This document shows positions 63,834-64,000 of a DNA stretch of 64,000 bases, piece after piece; position 1 is the first letter of the stretch; the number at the start of each line of letters is the position of its first letter. A program made the translations under genes and the position numbers. The notes beneath the pieces were generated by a model. The model saw nothing but the letters and a program-made list of their open reading frames with translations. It was not told the DNA's origin and ran no database searches. This stretch comes from Alphaproteobacteria bacterium (GTDB lineage: Bacteria > Pseudomonadota > Alphaproteobacteria > UBA9219 > RGZA01), in NCBI GenBank assembly GCA_033762625.1, contig JANRLI010000016.1, forward strand, positions 77,660 through 141,659, read 5' to 3'.

Positions 63834-64000
63834 AGCAGGTTTAAGCCCCCATCATCGGCGTGCGCGGCAAAGGGCGTTTGCTTGACTGAAGGCTGGACAG
63901 TTCCATGCATGATGCTTGCGTAAAACTACTGGTGATATTATTCACCGCTCTCAGTGATAAGCTCATGGGCGGGTTGCCCGCTTCACGGTCTTCAATGTTT

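Overview
This 64 kb window looks like an alphaproteobacterial chromosome segment with many secreted and surface proteins and several eukaryote-like proteins. No integrase, transposase, rRNA or CRISPR array was seen. Main blocks, in order:

1. **1-2.5 kb.** A 5'-truncated family 4 glycosyltransferase, then an mTERF-like repeat protein.
2. **2.5-9.4 kb.** A compact stress island that resembles the Caulobacter sigma-F regulon. It has a four-gene msrB-msrA-msrB-msrA operon (one cytoplasmic pair, one Sec/Tat-exported pair) and an ECF sigma factor with an overlapping NrsF/DUF1109-type membrane anti-sigma. Three separate signal-peptide Cys-rich precursor peptides follow (DUF2282-type, 6-Cys-type and a 4-Cys peptide with a His/Lys tail). 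A single fused MNIO(DUF692)-DUF2063 maturase and a DoxX gene complete the island. Four identically spaced GTAACC-N16-CGAA promoter motifs sit 60-80 nt upstream of the msr operon and each of the three peptide genes.
3. **9.6-18.9 kb.** A secreted S/T/P/Y-rich protein, a 793 aa autotransporter, a small periplasmic protein and a 1872 aa autotransporter with about nine tandem ~95 aa (285 bp) repeats.
4. **19.1-25.4 kb.** A signalling module. One operon encodes two paralogous response regulators (novel N-terminal domain, C-terminal receiver), a truncated hemoglobin and a PAS hybrid histidine kinase with an HPt domain. A sigma-54 activator is divergent from it.
5. **25.4-34.9 kb.** A two-partner secretion locus (tpsB then a 2376 aa TpsA with a TPS domain, a Gly-rich block and MBG repeats). 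It is flanked by two copies of a palindromic intergenic repeat.
6. **34.9-41.2 kb.** tRNA-Lys(CTT) followed by two tandem 77 bp units, each carrying a copy of the tRNA 3' end (att-scar-like). Next to it are a divergent PEPC-like 1139 aa protein and a biotin-less OadA/PC-type carboxyltransferase of 746 aa.
7. **41.3-64 kb.** Housekeeping genes: trmL, hemF, aguA-aguB, an ornithine-decarboxylase-family enzyme, maeB, a long-form Prs and hslV. The his cluster (hisD, an unusual hisC-hisB fusion, hisH, hisA) is interrupted by hypothetical secreted/VWA/NLS-tail proteins that look like effectors.
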